This document shows positions 39,964 to 50,691 of a DNA stretch of 64,000 nt, one piece after another (position 1 is the stretch's first letter; every line of letters begins with the position of its first letter). Where the stretch lies: NCBI GenBank assembly GCA_965237415.1, contig CBDEFM010000002.1:960001-1024000 (forward strand), given 5' to 3'. Under the pieces are notes generated by a model, which was not told where the DNA came from, made no database searches, and saw only the letters and a list, made by a program, of their open reading frames with translations. Source of the DNA: Alphaproteobacteria bacterium (GTDB taxonomy: Bacteria > Pseudomonadota > Alphaproteobacteria > UBA828). The translations under genes were made by a program, and so were the position numbers.

Positions 39964-40002
39964 AGCTGGTTGGGGCGGGGCGCACCCGCCGGCGGTGTCA
40001 GG

Positions 40003-40743
40003 CTAAGCGGTGCTGCCGCGGCCGGAGAGCGGCACGACCGTCGTCGAAGCCTCCTCCGAGGCTTCCCCCTCCTCGGGTTCTTCGGTCGCGTCCACCGTGT
40101 CCCCACCCTCTCCCCCGAGAGGCAACTGAGCGGGGACCTCGCCCGCCCCTTCAGCCTGCGGACCGGCGCTTTCCAGGAGACCGGCAGCCTCCAGTTCGTC
40201 GACGCCGGGGAGGTCGTCGAGACTCTCCAGGCCAAAATGCTCCATGAACGCCGGCGTGGTGACCCACGTCACGGGCCGGCCCGGCGTGCGCCGGCGCCCC
40301 TTCGGCGCGATCCAGCCCGCCTCCAGCAACAGGTCGAGCGTGCCCCGCCCCAGGTGGACGCCGCGAATCTCCTCAACCTCCGCCCGCGTCACCGGCTGGT
40401 GGTAGGCGATGATGGCGAGCGTCTCCAGCGCCGCGCGCGAGAGGCGCCGGCGGACGACGCGATGCACGGTCAGGTGCTCCGCCAGATCGGGAGCGGTGCG
40501 AAACGTCCAGCCGCCCGCGACCTTCACCAAGTGGACTCCGCGGTGCTGGTAATGCGCCGCGAGCCTGGCAAGTCCCGCTTCGACATCGGTGCCTTCCGGC
40601 AACTGCGCCGCCAAAGTGGCGGCATCGACGGGCCGGCCCGCGGCGAAGATCACGGCCTCCATAATGCGGGAGGCGCGGGCGGCGCGCTCGTCGTCCTCGG
40701 TGGGTTCCACAGAGGGCGAAGTCTCTAGCGGATCGGTGGTCAT
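40003..40743 (-). CDS. scpB: Segregation and condensation protein B
   Basis: LSRAALETLAIIAYHQPVTRAEVEEIRGV and FGLESLDDLP. Confidence 0.95.
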   Translation of the reverse strand: MTTDPLETSPSVEPTEDDERAARASRIMEAVIFAAGRPVDAATLAAQLPEGTDVEAGLARLAAHYQHRGVHLVKVAGGWTFRTAPDLAEHLTVHRVVRRRLSRAALETLAIIAYHQPVTRAEVEEIRGVHLGRGTLDLLLEAGWIAPKGRRRTPGRPVTWVTTPAFMEHFGLESLDDLPGVDELEAAGLLESAGPQAEGAGEVPAQLPLGGEGGDTVDATEEPEEGEASEEASTTVVPLSGRGSTA

Positions 40744-41561
40744 GGTTCTTCCCGCCTCCGGCGAAGATAGATCGGGCCAAACGGCTCCAATTGGCGAATC
40801 TGCAGGCGGCCCTCGCGCGCGAGCTCCAGGGCCGCGGCCAGTGTGCTCGCCACGCCGGAGCGGGCCATCGCGTCGCTTTCGGCAGCAGTGCCGCGGGGCA
40901 AGAAGCGCGCCAGGGTCTCCCAATCCGGCGTGCTTCCCAGCAACTGCGACATGCGCCGGTACGCATCTTCCATAGCGTGATAGGCGCTGAGCTCGATCAG
41001 CAGGCGTCGGGGTTCGCGTCGGATGCGGTGGGCGGCATAGGCCCGCAGCAGCTCGCGGAGCGTACTTTCGTGAAGCGCCTCCTCGCGCACCGGCAGGCCC
41101 TCGGCCCTGCCGGCGGCGAACACATCCTGGCCGAGTTGCGGGCGGTCCATCAGGGTCGCTGCGGCATCGCGCATCGCTGCCAGTCGCCGCAGCCTGCGGG
41201 CGAGCGCCGCCGCCATCTCGGTGCCGCTCGGCTCCTCGGCGTCGGGTTCCTCGTCGGGCAAGAGCAGCCGCGACTTGAGGTAGGCGAGCCACGCCGCCAT
41301 GACCAGATAGCCGGCCGCGAGTTCGATGCGGAGCCGCCGGGCCTGTGTGACATAGGCCAGATACTGCTCGGCCAGCGCCAGTATGGAGATGCGCGCGAGG
41401 TCGACCTTCTGCGTGCGGGCGAGCGTAAGCAGCAGATCGAGCGGACCCTCGAAGCCGTCGAGATTGACGATCAGCTGAGACTCATCCTCGGCTGCACCGG
41501 GACGGGGCGAGGCTGTACCCCGCCGGCCGGCGTCGTCTTCTAGCGGCGTCAGATGGGCCAT
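40740..41561 (-). CDS. scpA: Segregation and condensation protein A
   Basis: FEGPLDLLL and YLVMAAWLAYLKSRLLLP. Confidence 0.95.
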   Translation of the reverse strand: MAHLTPLEDDAGRRGTASPRPGAAEDESQLIVNLDGFEGPLDLLLTLARTQKVDLARISILALAEQYLAYVTQARRLRIELAAGYLVMAAWLAYLKSRLLLPDEEPDAEEPSGTEMAAALARRLRRLAAMRDAAATLMDRPQLGQDVFAAGRAEGLPVREEALHESTLRELLRAYAAHRIRREPRRLLIELSAYHAMEDAYRRMSQLLGSTPDWETLARFLPRGTAAESDAMARSGVASTLAAALELAREGRLQIRQLEPFGPIYLRRRREEP

Positions 41562-42253
41562 GACACCAGTGCCTCCACGCCGAACAAATCGACGATCAGT
41601 TCGAAGCCCGCTGCCATCGGCGGCAGCACAATCTCGGCCAACGGGTTGAACGCGGTGCCGAACTCCGCCGCAATCAGCGGCACGACAAAGAATCCGACCA
41701 GCACCGCGATAATACCAAAGCGCTCGAGTCGCGCGAAACGTTCGGCTGAGCGCGGTGGGAGCAGCCCGTGTAACACGCGGCCGCCGTCCAGCGGCGGCAC
41801 CGGCAGCATGTTGAAGATGGCCAGCACCAGATTGATGGCGATGCCGAGGGTGAACGTCGCCCGCCACCACTCCGCGAACACCGGCGGAAAGACGGCCGCC
41901 GCGTGGAGCAGTAGTGCCGAGAGGCAGGCCAGAAGGATGTTCATCCCCGGCCCCGCCAGCGCCACCAGGACCATGCCGCCCCGCGGGTTGCGAAGCCTCG
42001 CCGGGTTGACCGGCACGGGTTTCGCAAAGCCGAATACGAACGGCGCGCCAAGCGCAATCAGGGTCCCGGGCAACAGGACCGTGCCCACCGGATGAACATG
42101 CTTGAGCGGATTGAGGGTAATGCGCCCGAGCCTCGCCGCCGTGTCGTCGCCCAGCTTGAGCGCAGCCCAGCCATGCGCGACCTCGTGCAGCGTGATTGCA
42201 AACAGCACCGGTATCACCCAAACCGATGCGGCGAGGAGCCATGCCTCGATCAC
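41549..42253 (-). CDS. Site-2 protease (M50) family membrane metalloprotease
   Basis: HEVAH, VALAGP and FNMLPVPPLDGG. Confidence 0.92.
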   Translation of the reverse strand: MIEAWLLAASVWVIPVLFAITLHEVAHGWAALKLGDDTAARLGRITLNPLKHVHPVGTVLLPGTLIALGAPFVFGFAKPVPVNPARLRNPRGGMVLVALAGPGMNILLACLSALLLHAAAVFPPVFAEWWRATFTLGIAINLVLAIFNMLPVPPLDGGRVLHGLLPPRSAERFARLERFGIIAVLVGFFVVPLIAAEFGTAFNPLAEIVLPPMAAGFELIVDLFGVEALVSWPI

Positions 42254-43284
42254 TGCGGCGTCACCTGAGCGAGCAAGGCATCCAACTCGCGGCGGCCATT
42301 GGCTTCGTCGAACGCATCGGGTGCCTGCCGCGCCGCGAGCATGCGGTCGAACCGCTCCCGCGCACGGCCGGCGAGCTTCGGCACTGCCGCCGCGACGTCC
42401 TCCATTTCGTCGCGTATGCCGTTGCAGTGAAGGGTCAAGTCGCAGCCGGCGGCGAGCGCGGCGGATGCGCGCTGGCCGACCGATCCGGTCAACGCTCCCA
42501 TGGACAGATCGTCAGTGATCAACAAGCCGTCGAACCCGATGGCGCCCCGCACCGCCTCTCCGATCACCTTAGGTGAGAGCGTGCCAGGCCGCTCGGGATC
42601 GAGCGCGGCGTAGCAGACATGCGCCGTCAAGCCCACGGGCGCGTCGCGGAGCGCGCGAAACGGCACAAAGTCACGGGCCCGCAACGCCTTGAGCGGCGCG
42701 TCTACTCGGGGTAGCACCGCGTGGCTATCGGCAGTCGCTCGGCCGTGGCCGGGTAGATGCTTTACGGCAGGGACGATTCCGCCGGCGCGCAAACCGTCCG
42801 CGACCGCGCGGCCGAGTCTCGCCACCAATCGCGGGTCGGCGCCGAACGAGCGATCGCCGACGACCTTGCTCGCGCCGGCGTAACGGAGATCCAGCGCCGG
42901 CACGCAGTTGACGGTAAATCCGAGCGCGAGCAGATCCACCGCCACCAGGCGCGCATTGAGCCAGGCAGCGCGAACGCCAGCATCCCCGTCGACTTCTGCC
43001 AACGCGCCGAGCAGCGCCGGCGCCGGCGGAGCGCGCCAGTGGGGAGGGCCGAGCCGGACCACGCGCCCCCCCTCCTGATCGATCAGGACCGGCGCGTCGG
43101 GGCGGCCCACCGCCTCGCGGAAGGCCCCGATCAAAGCCTGAGTTTGTGCCGGGCTCTCGCAGTTGCGCTTGAACAGGATGAAGCCCGCCGGATCGGCGTC
43201 GGCCAAAAAACGGCGTTCGCCATCGTCGAGCGCCTCGCCCGCGCAACCGAGAATCATCGCCCGCGGCGCGACACGCGCCGTCAT
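42250..43284 (-). CDS. nagZ: Beta-N-acetylhexosaminidase (GH3)
   Basis: DQEGGRV, KHLPGHG..DSH and ITDDLSM. Confidence 0.95.
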   Translation of the reverse strand: MTARVAPRAMILGCAGEALDDGERRFLADADPAGFILFKRNCESPAQTQALIGAFREAVGRPDAPVLIDQEGGRVVRLGPPHWRAPPAPALLGALAEVDGDAGVRAAWLNARLVAVDLLALGFTVNCVPALDLRYAGASKVVGDRSFGADPRLVARLGRAVADGLRAGGIVPAVKHLPGHGRATADSHAVLPRVDAPLKALRARDFVPFRALRDAPVGLTAHVCYAALDPERPGTLSPKVIGEAVRGAIGFDGLLITDDLSMGALTGSVGQRASAALAAGCDLTLHCNGIRDEMEDVAAAVPKLAGRARERFDRMLAARQAPDAFDEANGRRELDALLAQVTPQ

Positions 43285-43291
43285 GCCCACC

Positions 43292-44512
43292 TCAATCCCG
43301 CGGCACGAAGCACTCGAGCCCGCGCGTCTTGAGTTGCGTGCAGACCCGCCGCGCCGCACCCGCGTCGCTGAGAGGGCCGGCGCGCAGCCGGTAGGTAATA
43401 CCGCTGTCGCCGCTATCGACCGGCATGATCAGTGGGCTGAGGCCGACGAGCACGTCATTGTGACGGCGGCGCAGCATCTCCCAGTGGCCTTCCAGCGCGC
43501 TCCGGGAGTTGGCGGCGCCGAGCTGGACGTAGCGCCACGTGCGGGAAGAATCCGACTGCACCGGCTCTGGCGCAGCGTCCCGCGCTTTCGAAGCGGCATC
43601 GTCGACCGGCCGCTCGGCCGGCGCGGTCCGCGCGAGGCTAACCGGCTTGTGGACGGGGAGCGGCACCGAGCCTACGTACTCCTGCCGAGCGTACTCCTCC
43701 CGTGCAGGGGCTGAAGATGTCTCAGCCTCTCGCTGCAGAATTTCCTCGACCAGGGCCAGCGTCTCCGGATCCAGCTGCGGTATTTCTTCGACTGTGGTCG
43801 GTGTCTCAGGCTCATGCGGCGGCGCTTCTTCGACCATGGCCGGCTCATCGAGATCCGGCAGAGGCGTTACATCGATCCGAATAGCGGCCAGCGTTCCGGG
43901 TTTCGGTGGATGCGGCCTCACGACCGCCTCAACCATCGGCGCTTCGGGTTCCGTTGCTTGAGGCTCAATTGCCTCTGGTTCTGGTGTCGGCGCCTCCTCG
44001 ATCGGGGCGGCTGCCGGCTCGTCGACGCCGCCTGCGTCCGGTTGCAGCGCGGCGGGGTCTCTCTCTACACCCGATGCTGCGACCGCCAGCTCTTCGGCGC
44101 GGTCGGCTTCAGGTTGCGGTGGACTCATGGGCTCTTCCGGCGGCGGCAGGACCCGCTCGGGCGCTTCCTCGGGGTCGGCCGTCGTCAGCGTCTCGTAAAT
44201 CAACGTGCCCTGGTTTGGAATTTCCATTCCGCCCGGATCAGCGGGACGGACCTTCCATGGCTCGGTCGACGCGGTGATGAGCCGCACCGAGGCCTCGTCG
44301 GGAGCAGGCGGCCCGCTCCCCATGTGCTCGGTCACCGCCCAGGCGCCACCCGAGAGCACCGCGGCGCCGAGAAGTATCCACACAGGAAGCAGCCGGGGGC
44401 GCCCGCTCTCCGCCGCTTCCCCGACGGCAGGCTCTGCTGGTTCCTGCGGCGGCTCCGGGCTCGGCGACTCGGGCGCCGACGGAGTCTCGGGGCCGTCTTC
44501 GCCGCCGCTCAT
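43292..44512 (-). CDS. SPOR domain membrane protein (FtsN-like)
   Basis: Single TM helix, KVRPADPGG motif, long Pro/Glu linker and a C-terminal SPOR domain (YVQLGA...YRLRAGP...C..L....ECF); lies between argS and nagZ. Confidence 0.85.
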   Translation of the reverse strand: MSGGEDGPETPSAPESPSPEPPQEPAEPAVGEAAESGRPRLLPVWILLGAAVLSGGAWAVTEHMGSGPPAPDEASVRLITASTEPWKVRPADPGGMEIPNQGTLIYETLTTADPEEAPERVLPPPEEPMSPPQPEADRAEELAVAASGVERDPAALQPDAGGVDEPAAAPIEEAPTPEPEAIEPQATEPEAPMVEAVVRPHPPKPGTLAAIRIDVTPLPDLDEPAMVEEAPPHEPETPTTVEEIPQLDPETLALVEEILQREAETSSAPAREEYARQEYVGSVPLPVHKPVSLARTAPAERPVDDAASKARDAAPEPVQSDSSRTWRYVQLGAANSRSALEGHWEMLRRRHNDVLVGLSPLIMPVDSGDSGITYRLRAGPLSDAGAARRVCTQLKTRGLECFVPRD

Positions 44513-46263
44513 CGCATCTCCTGCACCGGCTCGACTCCGAACAGTGCCAGCCCCTCCGCAATAACGATCTTGACGGCGCTTATCAATGCGAGCCGGGCGC
44601 GTGTCTCCGCCGGCCGCTTGCCATCGACGATGCGAAGCCGCGGGTCGTCCTTGCCCCTGGTCCAGAGCAGATGAAAGGCGCCCGCAAGGTCATGCAAATA
44701 AAAGGCGATCCGGTGCGGCTCGTGGGCGAGCGCCGCGCCGGCCAGCACCCGTGGCCATTGGCAGAGCAGGCGGATCAGGTCGAGCTCGGACGGATCGTCC
44801 AGGCACGTGAGGTCGACGCGGGCGAGAGCGGCAAGCGCAAGCTCGGGCTCGGGCACGATCTCTGCCCCGCGGCGCAGCGCCGAGCAGGCCCTGGCATGGG
44901 CATACTGAACGTAGAAGACAGGATTGTCCCGCGACTGCTCGGTAACCCGGTTGAGATCGAATTCGAGTGGCGCATCGTTGCGGCGGGTCAGCATGATAAA
45001 GCGGACGACGTCGCGCCCGACCTCATCGACAACATCCCGCAAGGTCACGAAGCGCCCGGCCCGCTTCGACATCGCCACCGGCTCGCCGCCGTCGAGCAAC
45101 TTCACCATCTGACATATCTTCACGTCGAGGCTCGCCGAATCGCCGGAAAGCGCTGATACAGCAGCCTTCATCCGCTTGACGTAGCCGCCGTGGTCTGCGC
45201 CCCAGACGTCGATCAGGTCGGTGAAGCCGCGCTCGATCTTGTCGCGGTGATAGGCAATATCGGTGGCGAAGTAGGTCCAGGTGCCGTCCGACTTCCTGAG
45301 CGGCCGGTCCGTATCGTCGCCGAAGACGGTGGCGCGGAAGAGACTCTGTTCGCGCGGCTCCCAATCCTCGTCGCGCTTGCCCTTGGGCGGCTCCGGCACG
45401 CCGCGGTAAATGAGATCGGCGGCCTCCAGTGCGGCGTACGCGTCGTCGACGCGGCCCTCGTCGACCAGCGCGCGCTCCGAGCGAAACAGATCGTGGCTCA
45501 CACCCAGCGCTTCGAGATCGGCTCGCACGAGGTCCATCATGGCGTCGGTGGCGAAGCGGCGGACCTCCGGCAGCCAGACCGATTCGGGCTCCTCCAGCCA
45601 GCGGCGACCGTCACGGGCCGCAAGCGCCTCGCCGACGGGCACCAGATAGTCGCCCGGATAGAGCCCCTCGGGGATGGCACCGATCGTCTCGCCGCACGCC
45701 TCGCGGTAGCGGGCGTGGACCGAGCGGGCCAGCGTATCGACCTGCGCGCCGGCGTCGTTCACATAATATTCGCGCGTCACCGCGAAACCCATATGCGAGA
45801 GCAGGTTGGCGAGGGCATCGCCCACCACCGCGCCCCTGGCGTGCCCGACGTGGAGCGGCCCCGTCGGGTTGGTCGAGACGTATTCGACATTGACCGGCCG
45901 GCCACGGCCGAGGTCTGTGGCGCCGTACCCTGGGCCGGTCTGGAGCAGTTCCGCCAGCCGCGCCCACCAGAACTCGTCCGTGAGCCGGAGGTTGACGAAG
46001 CCGGGGCCGGCCACTTCGACGGCACGAATGTCCGCGCGCCCGTCCAACCGTTCAGCCAGATGCTGGGCGATTTCGCGTGGCTTGCGTCGCGCCTGCTTGG
46101 CCAGGACCAGTGCCGCATTGCACGCCGCATCGCCGTGCTCCGCCTCGCGCGGAGGCTCGACAGAGACAGCCGAGAGATCGAGCCCGCGAGGCAGCAGGCC
46201 AGCCCCGCTCATCGCCTCAATCTCGACCTGAATAACATCTGACAAGTAGCTGAAAACATTCAT
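44509..46263 (-). CDS. argS: Arginine--tRNA ligase
   Basis: [28 protein letters not shown] and YVQYAHAR. Confidence 0.97.
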   Translation of the reverse strand: MNVFSYLSDVIQVEIEAMSGAGLLPRGLDLSAVSVEPPREAEHGDAACNAALVLAKQARRKPREIAQHLAERLDGRADIRAVEVAGPGFVNLRLTDEFWWARLAELLQTGPGYGATDLGRGRPVNVEYVSTNPTGPLHVGHARGAVVGDALANLLSHMGFAVTREYYVNDAGAQVDTLARSVHARYREACGETIGAIPEGLYPGDYLVPVGEALAARDGRRWLEEPESVWLPEVRRFATDAMMDLVRADLEALGVSHDLFRSERALVDEGRVDDAYAALEAADLIYRGVPEPPKGKRDEDWEPREQSLFRATVFGDDTDRPLRKSDGTWTYFATDIAYHRDKIERGFTDLIDVWGADHGGYVKRMKAAVSALSGDSASLDVKICQMVKLLDGGEPVAMSKRAGRFVTLRDVVDEVGRDVVRFIMLTRRNDAPLEFDLNRVTEQSRDNPVFYVQYAHARACSALRRGAEIVPEPELALAALARVDLTCLDDPSELDLIRLLCQWPRVLAGAALAHEPHRIAFYLHDLAGAFHLLWTRGKDDPRLRIVDGKRPAETRARLALISAVKIVIAEGLALFGVEPVQEMR

Positions 46264-47471
46264 CTCCACAGCACCGTATCGAAGAGATTGCGATGTTCCT
46301 GGATGGCGAAGCGATCCGTCATTCCAGCAACGTAATCGGCGACGACGCGCGCCGTCGTCACCGTTCGCGCGCCGTCGCACCGGCCCCACCACTCCTCGGG
46401 CAGGCATTGGGGCTCGTCGACGAAAAGCTCGAAGAGCTCGCGCACGGTCCGGCGCGCCTTGCTAGCCATCCGGTTGACCTTGTGATGACGATACATGCGC
46501 TCGTGCAGGAATGCCTTCAAGGCCTCTCCCTGGGCCTGCATGGTCGCCGAGAAAGCGATCAGCGGCGCACCATGCCCGCGCACGGCCTCCGCGTCACTCG
46601 GCCTCGCCTCCTCCAGGCGCTGCCGGCTCGTATCGATCACGTCCTCGACCATGGTTCCGATCATGCGGCGAACGGTCTCGTGAATGAGGCGGCCCTCGTC
46701 GCCACCCGGATGGTCGGCGATTGCGTCATCGAGAATCGCGCCCACGAGAGGGACGTCCCGCACGTCGTCGACGGTGAAGAGGCCGGCGCGCAGCCCGTCA
46801 TCCACGTCGTGGTTGTTGTAGGCGATATCGTCGGCCAGCGCCGCGATCTGGGCCTCTGGGCCGGCATGGGTGTGGAGTTCCAGGTCGTGCCGGGCCGAAT
46901 AAGACTCGATGTCGCCGGGCACGGCATCCGGCGGCCGTGGGCCATTGTGCTTCGCCACCCCTTCCAGGGTCTCCCAGGTCAGGTTCAGGCCGTCGAAGCC
47001 GTTATAGCGGTGCTCCAGGGACGTCAGGATGCGTACGGTCTGGGCGTTATGGTCGAAGCCGCCGTAGGGCGCCATCGCTTGATCGAGCGCCGCCTCCCCG
47101 GCGTGACCGAAAGGCGGGTGCCCAAGATCGTGGGCCAAAGCAAGCGCCTCGGCGAGGTCTTCGTCCACACCGAGGACGCGGCTGATCGAGCGCGCAATCT
47201 GCGCGACCTCCAGGCTGTGGGTCAGCCGGGTGCGGTAGTGATCCCCCTCGTGATAGACGAAGACCTGGGTCTTGTGCTGCAGGCGCCGAAAAGCCGTGCA
47301 GTGGATGATCCGGTCGCGGTCGCGCTGAAAGGCCGTCCGAGTGCGGCTTTCCGGCTCCGGATAGAGGCGCCCGCGGCTCTGCTCGGGGAGTGAAGCATAG
47401 GGCGCCGCGGCGCGCCGCGTCGCCGGCGCATCCTCGATCGCCTCACTGGCGCTCGCGTCGCTCACGGTCAC
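46260..47471 (-). CDS. dgt: Deoxyguanosinetriphosphate triphosphohydrolase (HD domain)
   Basis: [33 protein letters not shown] and ADDIAY. Confidence 0.95.
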   Translation of the reverse strand: MTVSDASASEAIEDAPATRRAAAPYASLPEQSRGRLYPEPESRTRTAFQRDRDRIIHCTAFRRLQHKTQVFVYHEGDHYRTRLTHSLEVAQIARSISRVLGVDEDLAEALALAHDLGHPPFGHAGEAALDQAMAPYGGFDHNAQTVRILTSLEHRYNGFDGLNLTWETLEGVAKHNGPRPPDAVPGDIESYSARHDLELHTHAGPEAQIAALADDIAYNNHDVDDGLRAGLFTVDDVRDVPLVGAILDDAIADHPGGDEGRLIHETVRRMIGTMVEDVIDTSRQRLEEARPSDAEAVRGHGAPLIAFSATMQAQGEALKAFLHERMYRHHKVNRMASKARRTVRELFELFVDEPQCLPEEWWGRCDGARTVTTARVVADYVAGMTDRFAIQEHRNLFDTVLWR

Positions 47472-47980
47472 ATCTCGCCTGCGGGCCCGCGGATTGCGTG
47501 GAGCCGCTTCGTCGGCAGCTGGATCGGTGGCGGCACCGCGTAGAACGTGTGGACTTCTGGCGTCTCCTCCTCGGACTCGGCTGAATCGTTGCCCGGTTCG
47601 GTCGAGCGGATTACCACGTCGTGGCCCGAACGCCGCGTCTCGCGCATGACCGACTGAAGCCGCTGGGCGGCTGCCTGATCCCAGGGCAACGCGTAGAATC
47701 GCGGCGTTCCCTCGACGGAAAGCCAGAGATAGATGGCTTCGTCCTCGCGCAGTGCGGCCGAGAGCACTCGTGCGCCCGCCACATCGTCCAATTCGGGGGA
47801 GAGCATCTTCGGCCGCGAGAGCAGCATGGAATAGCTGAAATAGCCGACCACGACGAGGGCAGCGAGCAAACCCACGGCGGCGGCCTTCCAGAGCGCCCGC
47901 CGCCGGGACCAGACCGCAATACTCGCGAGCGCTGCGCCTACCAGCGCAAGGGCGACATAGAGGTAGGCGAAGCTATCCAC
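47468..47980 (-). CDS. Hypothetical membrane protein (two N-terminal TM helices, soluble domain, Pro-rich C-terminus)
   Basis: Overlaps both neighbours (GTGA overlap with dgt); two hydrophobic helices, IYLWL and PRFYALPW. Start at 47980 or 47995. Confidence 0.75.
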   Translation of the reverse strand: MDSFAYLYVALALVGAALASIAVWSRRRALWKAAAVGLLAALVVVGYFSYSMLLSRPKMLSPELDDVAGARVLSAALREDEAIYLWLSVEGTPRFYALPWDQAAAQRLQSVMRETRRSGHDVVIRSTEPGNDSAESEEETPEVHTFYAVPPPIQLPTKRLHAIRGPAGEM

Positions 47981-48617
47981 CCGGCCGCACCTCACGGGAG
48001 CGCAGCTGAGACTGGGCGTATTCCCGTATCAGCGAGAGCCTGACGTCGTTGACGCTGCCGTGCACGAGCGCGCCCTTGCCGGTCAACGCGAAGCGAAACA
48101 CGGTCGTCTCGTGGCGCGGATAGCGCAGCTCGACCTCCTTTTCCAGGATCGGCGTCGGCCTGTTCTCGCCCTCGCGCTTGACGCTGACAACCACCTGCAC
48201 CTGTACCGGAACCGGCTGGATCGGATCCTCCAGGCGGTAGGCCTGGACATTGACGATCCATTCGCCAGGCACGATGCCCCGACTGTAGACAATCTCGTAA
48301 TTGATGTCGGTAAGGTCTTGAAACAAGCCGAGATCGTCGCGCAATAGATTGACCACCTCGTTGCCCTTGTTGGGGAAGCCGACCGGCAACCTGTCCGGCG
48401 CCTTGACCCAGAGATCGATATCGGCGTCGCGATCGGCCGCCCACACAAGCTCGATGATCACATTGCCGGGATCGCTGATCCCTTCGGCCTCGCTCTCGGC
48501 TTCGGCACCCGGATTAAGGAACGGCAACAGCATGAGCACCATCGCGACGAAGGCTGCGAGCGCCAACAGAGTGACATCGCGGAAGATCGTGCCGCTGTCG
48601 TCGTCAAACTCGTCCAT
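47973..48617 (-). CDS. Single-pass membrane protein with an ExbD/TolR/MotB-like TM aspartate and an uncharacterised extracytoplasmic domain
   Basis: IFRDVTLLALAAFVAMVLMLLPF helix, then IELVW...DADIDLWVKAPD and LLRDDLG; coupled to the upstream MotA/ExbB-like gene. Confidence 0.75.
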   Translation of the reverse strand: MDEFDDDSGTIFRDVTLLALAAFVAMVLMLLPFLNPGAEAESEAEGISDPGNVIIELVWAADRDADIDLWVKAPDRLPVGFPNKGNEVVNLLRDDLGLFQDLTDINYEIVYSRGIVPGEWIVNVQAYRLEDPIQPVPVQVQVVVSVKREGENRPTPILEKEVELRYPRHETTVFRFALTGKGALVHGSVNDVRLSLIREYAQSQLRSREVRPGG

Positions 48618-49197
48618 CGGCCGCGAGGAGCTCGCTGTAGAGGGTGGCGGTGCCGGTCGCCAGCATACGGTAGTTGACGGTGAGCCACAGGCCCAGCACG
48701 GCGCCCTCCAGGGTCGTGTAAAGCGCGACCGACATGCCGCTGATAAGGGTCGAAATCATCGGCTGTACGGCAGCGAGCGTGCCCGCATCCTCCGCCGAAA
48801 CCCCGGAGAGCGCGATGATGAAACCGGTCACGGTGCCGATCAGACCGAGCACGACGAGCGCGGAGGCGATCTGCCGCACCACCGCGATGCGGCTGAAGAG
48901 GCGTGCCTTGAGCGCCTCGGCCATAAACTCCGGGCGAACGGGCGTACGGGTCCAGGCCATCGGGAGGTCTACGGTCCCGTCTGCCTCCAGCCTGTTGAGG
49001 GCAGCGCTTGTCTTGAACAGACGGTATCCGCAGAGCGCGAGGCCCACCGCGAAGACGCCGAAGATGACGAAGACGAGGCCGGTGGGATCCGCCTCTACGA
49101 GCCGGGCAAGCCAGCCCTGTGCGCCCGCGAGCCCGAGCAGGGCTGCGCCCACGATATTGACGATAAGGAACCGGTAGAGGAGCAGGTAGCGGCGCAA
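48604..49197 (-). CDS. MotA/TolQ/ExbB proton channel family protein
   Basis: LVVLGLIGTVTGFIIAL and GMSVALYTTLEG channel-helix signatures; four hydrophobic segments; AGGAG ahead of a TTG start. Confidence 0.85.
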   Translation of the reverse strand: MRRYLLLYRFLIVNIVGAALLGLAGAQGWLARLVEADPTGLVFVIFGVFAVGLALCGYRLFKTSAALNRLEADGTVDLPMAWTRTPVRPEFMAEALKARLFSRIAVVRQIASALVVLGLIGTVTGFIIALSGVSAEDAGTLAAVQPMISTLISGMSVALYTTLEGAVLGLWLTVNYRMLATGTATLYSELLAADGRV

Positions 49198-49392
49198 CCG
49201 GTCGACTCCTGCGTCGTGACGGCGGCCGGCCCGCGCGGGCGCACCACGCCCGGAGCCTGTTTCGGACGGTCTATCGAACGCAGGCCCCTGTCAATGGCCG
49301 TGTCCCGATCAGGGCATTTGCGAGCGAGATCAACCAAAACGGCGTTGCGCGGTTTATCATGCCCGCGATCTCCCACGTCCGGAGGCATCTGA

Positions 49393-50532
49393 ATGATCGC
49401 GGCCGACGCCTTCCTGGAACCGGCGCAGGAACGGGGGTTCTCGTTCTACGCCGGTGTCCCCTGCTCGTTCCTGACCCCGCTGATCAACCGGGTGATCTCT
49501 GCCCCCGCGCTCAACTACGTCGGCGCGGCGAGCGAGGGCGAGGCCGTGGCGGTGGCGGCGGGCGCCTGGATGGCAGGGCGGCGCACGGTCGTGATGTGCC
49601 AGAACTCCGGCCTCGGCAATACCGTCAACCCGTTGACCTCCCTCAACCACCCCTTCCGCATCCCGACGCTCCTGATCGTCACCTGGCGCGGCCAGCCGGG
49701 GCTCAAGGACGAGCCGCAACACGAACTGATGGGCAAGGTGATGGGATCGCTCCTCGACACGATCGCCATCGGCCACGCCGGCTTCCCCAAGGAGGCCGAC
49801 GTCGTGGCGGTGGCGCTCGATCGGGCCGAGCGGGCCATGGCGGCGGACGAGTTGCCGTTTGCGCTGATCATGGAGAAGGGCAGCGTTCGCGACGACGGCC
49901 TCGATCAACCGGATCAACCGATCCACCCGCGGGGCGAGGTCGCGGACCTGCGTCAGGGTGGCGAACGGCCCGCGCGGATCGATCTGCTGCGCTGCGTTCA
50001 GGCGCTTGTGCCGGCGGCGGCCGCTGTCGTGGCGACCACCGGCAAGACGGGGCGCGAGCTCTTTACCTGCGAGGACCGCTCGCAGCAGCTCTATCAGGTG
50101 GGCTCCATGGGCTGCGCGTCGGCGATGGGCCTCGGCGTTGCCCTCAACACAGAGCGCCCGGTGGTGGTGCTGGACGGCGACGGCGCGGCGCTGATGAAGC
50201 TCGGTACCATGGCGACCATCGGCGCCCACGCGCCTGACAATCTGATCCATGTCGTGCTCGACAACGGCGTGCACGATTCGACCGGCGGGCAAGCGACCGT
50301 CTCGCCCAATGTGAATTTCGCGGCCGTCGCCCAAGCCTGCGGCTACCCGCGCAGCTTTCGCTGCGACAGCCAGGCAGGCTTCGCCCGCGCGCTGGAGACC
50401 GCCTTCGACGAAGGCCCGAGGCCAGTGCTGATTCATGCGTTGATCTCGCCCGGCTCCCTCGCCGAGCTGGGCCGGCCCACGATCGCGCCCCGCGACGTGG
50501 CACGGCGCTTCCGCTCCTTCTTGGCGGGATGA
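49393..50532 (+). CDS. aepY: Phosphonopyruvate decarboxylase-like ThDP enzyme (single chain)
   Basis: AGVPCSFL, SEGEAV, QNSGLGN, DEPQH, GSMG, DGDGAALM and NGVHDSTGGQ. Confidence 0.8.
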   Translation: MIAADAFLEPAQERGFSFYAGVPCSFLTPLINRVISAPALNYVGAASEGEAVAVAAGAWMAGRRTVVMCQNSGLGNTVNPLTSLNHPFRIPTLLIVTWRGQPGLKDEPQHELMGKVMGSLLDTIAIGHAGFPKEADVVAVALDRAERAMAADELPFALIMEKGSVRDDGLDQPDQPIHPRGEVADLRQGGERPARIDLLRCVQALVPAAAAVVATTGKTGRELFTCEDRSQQLYQVGSMGCASAMGLGVALNTERPVVVLDGDGAALMKLGTMATIGAHAPDNLIHVVLDNGVHDSTGGQATVSPNVNFAAVAQACGYPRSFRCDSQAGFARALETAFDEGPRPVLIHALISPGSLAELGRPTIAPRDVARRFRSFLAG

Positions 50533-50691
50533 CTCGGTTCGGCCTGAGCGGGGGAGCGCCAGACCCCCGTCGCCGAGGCGCGCCGATGCGCTGGAAAACG
50601 GGCGAAACCTTCGCGCCGAGATTCGACAGCATGTATATGGCCGCCATTGACGTGTATTATTTCGACATCGAAATCGCAGGGAGGACAAGTC

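Noticed and set aside
46260-47471. dGTPase as an anti-phage defence gene
   Set aside because: It occupies the usual alphaproteobacterial housekeeping position directly upstream of argS-SPOR-nagZ, with no defence-island context.
47973-49197. Zorya (ZorAB) or flagellar MotAB assignment
   Set aside because: There is no long ZorA cytoplasmic tail, no OmpA-like peptidoglycan-binding domain in the partner, and no zorC/D/E or flagellar genes nearby.
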